Shown here piece by piece: positions 35,169-38,198 of a stretch of DNA of 38,198 nucleotides. The stretch is from Candidatus Kerfeldbacteria bacterium RIFOXYC2_FULL_38_9 (GTDB lineage Bacteria; Patescibacteriota; Patescibacteriia; UBA9570; XYC2-FULL-38-9). The notes under the pieces are model-generated. The model worked only from the letters and a program-made list of their open reading frames with translations. It ran no database searches and was not told where the DNA came from. The position numbers and the translations under genes are program-made. Position 1 is the first letter of the stretch; each line of letters starts with the position of its first letter. The stretch spans positions 12,723-50,920 of the forward strand of contig MHKJ01000034.1 in NCBI GenBank assembly GCA_001818355.1, written 5' to 3'.

Positions 35169-36098
35169 TTATTTAAGCGGGTTAGTTTTTTCACAAGCCA
35201 TCACCACCAACTGCTCTAACAACACCCACGGGTTGAGGTTGGTGGTTTTGCTTTTATGATCAATGGTCAACAGCCGCCAGTAAAGCCCTAGTAAATTTTT
35301 TAAAGAAAAATAACGAATTTGTTGTCGGGCTTTTTGTAAAACAAAAGGATGTAACTTTAACCCCTGACCGTTGGTTTTTTTTACTTTAATCAAATTAGCC
35401 AAATGTCGACCCAGCATCACAATCAGATATTGAACATTGGTACCGGATTTTAGTTGTTGTTCTAAAAGAATAGTGGCTTGTTTACTGTTTTTTAAACCCA
35501 GGGCGTCGGTTAAATGAAAAATATCATTATCCAGTTGTTCTTGAGCAAATTGCTCTACGATTTTTTTGGTAATGACGGTAGAAAAATTAGCCAGTTTATT
35601 TATTTCCGAAGACAAAGACCAAAGATCGTTGCCAAAAGCGTTAATGAGTTTTTGTGCCGCCTCGTTGTCTATTTTGGCTTGGCGCACAGAGCATTCTTTT
35701 TTAATAAATAACTGTAATTTTGTATGATCCAAGTCACCAAACATTTCCACCACTTCGCTTTGCAGAAGTTTTTTAAAAAGTTTATTGTCTTTACGCGGCG
35801 GTTCGTCGGCATTAAGACAAAGAATGGTATCTACAGCAACACCATCAATTTCCGAAAGCATTTGTTCTTGTGTTTCTTTAGTCAGCGCCCAAATATTTTT
35901 TAAAACCACAAATCTTTTAACCGTAAACAACCCGCCGGATTTTGTGTATTTGCGAAAATCGTCAAGATTAAAATTATCGGCATCTAAGGAAATTACACTT
36001 ACACCCTGTTTATCAAATTTTTCGCAAAAAGCCGTTTTTAGCTTTTGCATCCTTTGGTGCCGCAGATAAGAATTTTTGCCGTGTAAAAATATTACCAT
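35169..36098 (-). CDS. holA: DNA polymerase III delta subunit
   Basis: N-terminal VIFLHGKNSYL, length about 309 aa, a helical C-terminal half, and the common rpsT/holA adjacency. ATG 36098 is preferred over TTG 36128. Confidence 0.7.
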   Translation of the reverse strand: MVIFLHGKNSYLRHQRMQKLKTAFCEKFDKQGVSVISLDADNFNLDDFRKYTKSGGLFTVKRFVVLKNIWALTKETQEQMLSEIDGVAVDTILCLNADEPPRKDNKLFKKLLQSEVVEMFGDLDHTKLQLFIKKECSVRQAKIDNEAAQKLINAFGNDLWSLSSEINKLANFSTVITKKIVEQFAQEQLDNDIFHLTDALGLKNSKQATILLEQQLKSGTNVQYLIVMLGRHLANLIKVKKTNGQGLKLHPFVLQKARQQIRYFSLKNLLGLYWRLLTIDHKSKTTNLNPWVLLEQLVVMACEKTNPLK

Positions 36099-36140
36099 AA
36101 TGTTTGGTATTGTGGCACAACGGCTCAAAAAATCAAACCC

Positions 36141-37745
36141 TTACTTTTTTGCAATTTTCCACAATGATTGGAAATGTTTGAGTAACATTTGTCTTGCCGA
36201 CTCGCGTGTAGTTTCAATAGCAAGTGCTTCATCATAATCCCACAGGATCAGTAATGCTGATTTTGGATAAATAATAGTGAGAGAGGGTGTTAATAATTCT
36301 TGATCTAGGAAACGGACTTTACTGAGCTCTAGTTTTGGGTCACCAGAGCGAACTTCTTCAAGGAGCTGTTTTCGCACATCTTCAAAACCAATCATCTGTA
36401 AACGAATGCCGAGTTTGTTTTTCTTTTTTTGATATTCACAAAAAAACTGAAAAAAATGTTCAGGATTTTTTTCTCCATATTGCCCACCATACACATAATA
36501 GGTGTCTCCTTTTTTCATTTCATCTAATTTTCGAAAAATAAGTTGCTCAACATTTTCTCTTCCTGAAATTAATTGTGTATCTTGCTTCCACAAGGCATCA
36601 AAATATAATTTCATGGCACCTCGAATTTCACGTCTTCGAATATCAACAGCCACGGCTTTTTCACCCTGTGCCCAATAGAACAACACAACAGAATCAGGAT
36701 AAATTTCAATTTGCATTGGTGATTCATTATAAGTATCTGAAAATTTTAATTCAGATATTTTTAATTCCGGGTCACCCGCGTACTGCATTTCTTGCATTAA
36801 GAGGTCACGGTCTTTTTCAAACCCTAAATATTGTAAGCGCACACCCTCCTCTACTCTCTCTTTGTGGAATGCTTTAAAGAACGGAAATAGTTCTTTTTCT
36901 GTTCCTGGCTCATAATTTCCCCACAGTACAGAAAATTGATCTCCTTTTTTTAAGGCGCGTAATTTTTGATATCGCAATTTTTTGAGAGCTTCAAGGCCGG
37001 TAATAACAGACGTATCTTGACCCCACAACATTTCGAAATATTCGCGGAAAGAATTTGCCAATGTTTGATTTTTAATAGCAATGATAAAGGGTTCAATATC
37101 ATACAACATGAATGCAACCTGATCTTTCCAAATATCAATACTACTCGGATTTTTCATTTGCTGTGGGAGTAGACGCACCTTTGTGAATGGAATTTTATTT
37201 CGTTTTTGTACAGTGTAATCAATGTCTGTTGGGAACAGCATACGCGCAGGTATGTGCTCTGCGGCACGTTTGTGATGAAATTTTTCCCAAAACGATTCGA
37301 GTGGTTCCTGATTTGCTTTTGAATGAACACCAAGCACCAGAAGCTCGCCACCTTCTGGTGATTTTTTAATATCATCTAATATTTTATATCGATGTGATTT
37401 TAACCCTTCAACACCTTCATAGAGTTTAATTTCATGAGTGGATTCTTGACGCAATGAATTTATTTCATGTGCTACTTCTTGGGCGGCGGTAAGTTGAGAT
37501 TTTGCATCTTGAACGAGAGTGTTTGCATCAGAAAGCTGAAACAAGGCAACGCCACCTTTTGTGGTTTTGAAGGCAAGGTGTTTTTCTACCAACACCTCTA
37601 ATGCTTCATAGACAATGTTTCTATGCAGGTTCGTTTTTTTGATAATGGCCTGTGCTTTGCACTGCCCAATTTCAATGAGTGCTTTGTATACAATGGCTTG
37701 ATTATGGGAAAAGCCGAGCTGTATAAGTTTTTCTGATAAGTCCAT
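36141..37745 (-). CDS. TrmB-family HTH regulator with three tandem copies of the C-terminal domain
   Basis: N-terminal wHTH LIQLGFSHNQAIVYKALIEIGQCKAQAIIKKTNLHRNIVYEALEVLVEKHL. Then three ~140-aa repeats (aa 106-245, 246-390, 391-534), each ending F..LW.QDT or LWK. Confidence 0.75.
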   Translation of the reverse strand: MDLSEKLIQLGFSHNQAIVYKALIEIGQCKAQAIIKKTNLHRNIVYEALEVLVEKHLAFKTTKGGVALFQLSDANTLVQDAKSQLTAAQEVAHEINSLRQESTHEIKLYEGVEGLKSHRYKILDDIKKSPEGGELLVLGVHSKANQEPLESFWEKFHHKRAAEHIPARMLFPTDIDYTVQKRNKIPFTKVRLLPQQMKNPSSIDIWKDQVAFMLYDIEPFIIAIKNQTLANSFREYFEMLWGQDTSVITGLEALKKLRYQKLRALKKGDQFSVLWGNYEPGTEKELFPFFKAFHKERVEEGVRLQYLGFEKDRDLLMQEMQYAGDPELKISELKFSDTYNESPMQIEIYPDSVVLFYWAQGEKAVAVDIRRREIRGAMKLYFDALWKQDTQLISGRENVEQLIFRKLDEMKKGDTYYVYGGQYGEKNPEHFFQFFCEYQKKKNKLGIRLQMIGFEDVRKQLLEEVRSGDPKLELSKVRFLDQELLTPSLTIIYPKSALLILWDYDEALAIETTRESARQMLLKHFQSLWKIAKK

Positions 37746-37909
37746 ATAGTTTAATTTTATGCTAATTTTGGCTTATTTATTATTTGTCATTAGTTTAATG
37801 ATAACAGAAAAAGTAATAGTTGTCGAGTCATTATTTTCCGTATGGATAACTTTTTAGCTAATTTTAGCAATTTTTGTCGTGTCATATAAAAATTGTCATC
37901 ATAAAACGA

Positions 37910-37938
37910 TTGACAAAAATGATTTTGTAGAGTATGCT
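37910..37938 (+). promoter_or_regulatory. Sigma-70-type promoter reading rightward toward the GC-rich contig end
   Basis: TTGACA (37910..37915), 17-nt spacer, TATGCT (37933..37938). Confidence 0.5.
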
Positions 37939-38130
37939 CGGTGGTTCTTTGATAATTTTTTATGGTTCGTTTAATCCTCAGCTGTTTTTTGTACGTGCTC
38001 GTAGCCGTTCCAAGCCCCCGGTCACGGCACTGCGCGCGTTCGAAAAACAGCTTCGGATTAGCTTACCGCTCGTGTTCCATTTTCGGAACCGAGCTGTTCT
38101 CAACGCGCTAACCCATAAGGAGGGTTTTCT

Positions 38131-38198
38131 ATGAAGCGCGCAATCGTTCTCGTTTCCGTTTTTTTGTCCCTGTTCGCCACTGCCGGCCACGCCCAGGC
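38131..38198 (+). CDS. 5' end of a secreted/periplasmic protein gene (partial, runs off the window)
   Basis: Strong RBS TAAGGAGGG 6 nt upstream. MKRAIVLVSVFLSLFATAGHAQ is a canonical Sec signal peptide with an AxA-type site. Lies in a segment with very different GC content from the rest of the window. Confidence 0.55.
   Translation, partial: MKRAIVLVSVFLSLFATAGHAQ

Noticed and set aside
37934-38190. Track ORFs 37934..38134 (+) and 37978..38190 (-) in the GC-rich terminal segment.
   Set aside because: Long open frames are expected by chance in GC-rich DNA. Neither has an RBS or a recognisable sequence. The ATG at 38131, with a strong SD and a canonical signal peptide, is the better model.

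Overview
AT-rich, very gene-dense bacterial contig using the standard code (TAA, TAG and TGA all close full-length conserved genes). Tiny intergenic gaps, ATGA start/stop overlaps, mostly Shine-Dalgarno-less starts and the gene content (RNase Y, lone PilT, 2-oxoacid:ferredoxin oxidoreductase, GT-C glycosyltransferase, DUF721 right after dnaN) suggest a small Patescibacteria/CPR-type genome. That is inference; no rRNA is present to confirm it.

Core content:
- rny-ymdB, hup, an APH-family kinase, tRNA-Arg(TCG) and tRNA-Lys(CTT)
- 2Fe-2S ferredoxin, a membrane acyltransferase, OFOR alpha/beta, pilT
- the replication-origin neighbourhood: rpmH-rnpA-yidD-yidC on the minus strand, dnaA-dnaN-DUF721 on the plus strand, with DnaA boxes and an AT-rich tract between dnaA and dnaN
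- a class A PBP, tyrS, a HAD phosphatase, a GT39-like glycosyltransferase, uvrB, a small cytidylyltransferase-fold gene, rpsT, holA
- a TrmB-type regulator with a triplicated C-terminal domain

Accessory content sits in three places:
- 1-3.97 kb: P-loop kinase-like, GT-like, Fic/HTH gene debris, DUF6714-like, an orphan
- 13.4-14.9 kb: GNAT, a small orphan, BrnT/BrnA
- 28.8-34.9 kb: HD nucleotidase-like, an orphan, two minimal SET-domain genes, a 1135-aa secreted protein

Main hunt result: the first and third accessory regions are built from co-oriented single-gene modules. These are separated by one family of short hairpin-capable elements, CTAACG(C)AAC ... GCGAAC-GTTRGGTGAAAT, whose ends follow the AAC/GTT logic of integron attC sites. 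A ~103-bp direct repeat also brackets one three-gene module. I read this as a candidate cassette-array-like system, or alternatively a dedicated promoter/operator regulon for accessory genes.

Other points:
- a twice-repeated palindrome upstream of uvrB
- an abrupt 26% to 55% GC switch in the last ~220 bp, which may be a chimeric contig end or foreign DNA

All functional calls come from motif recognition by eye. No BLAST, HMM or folding program was run.
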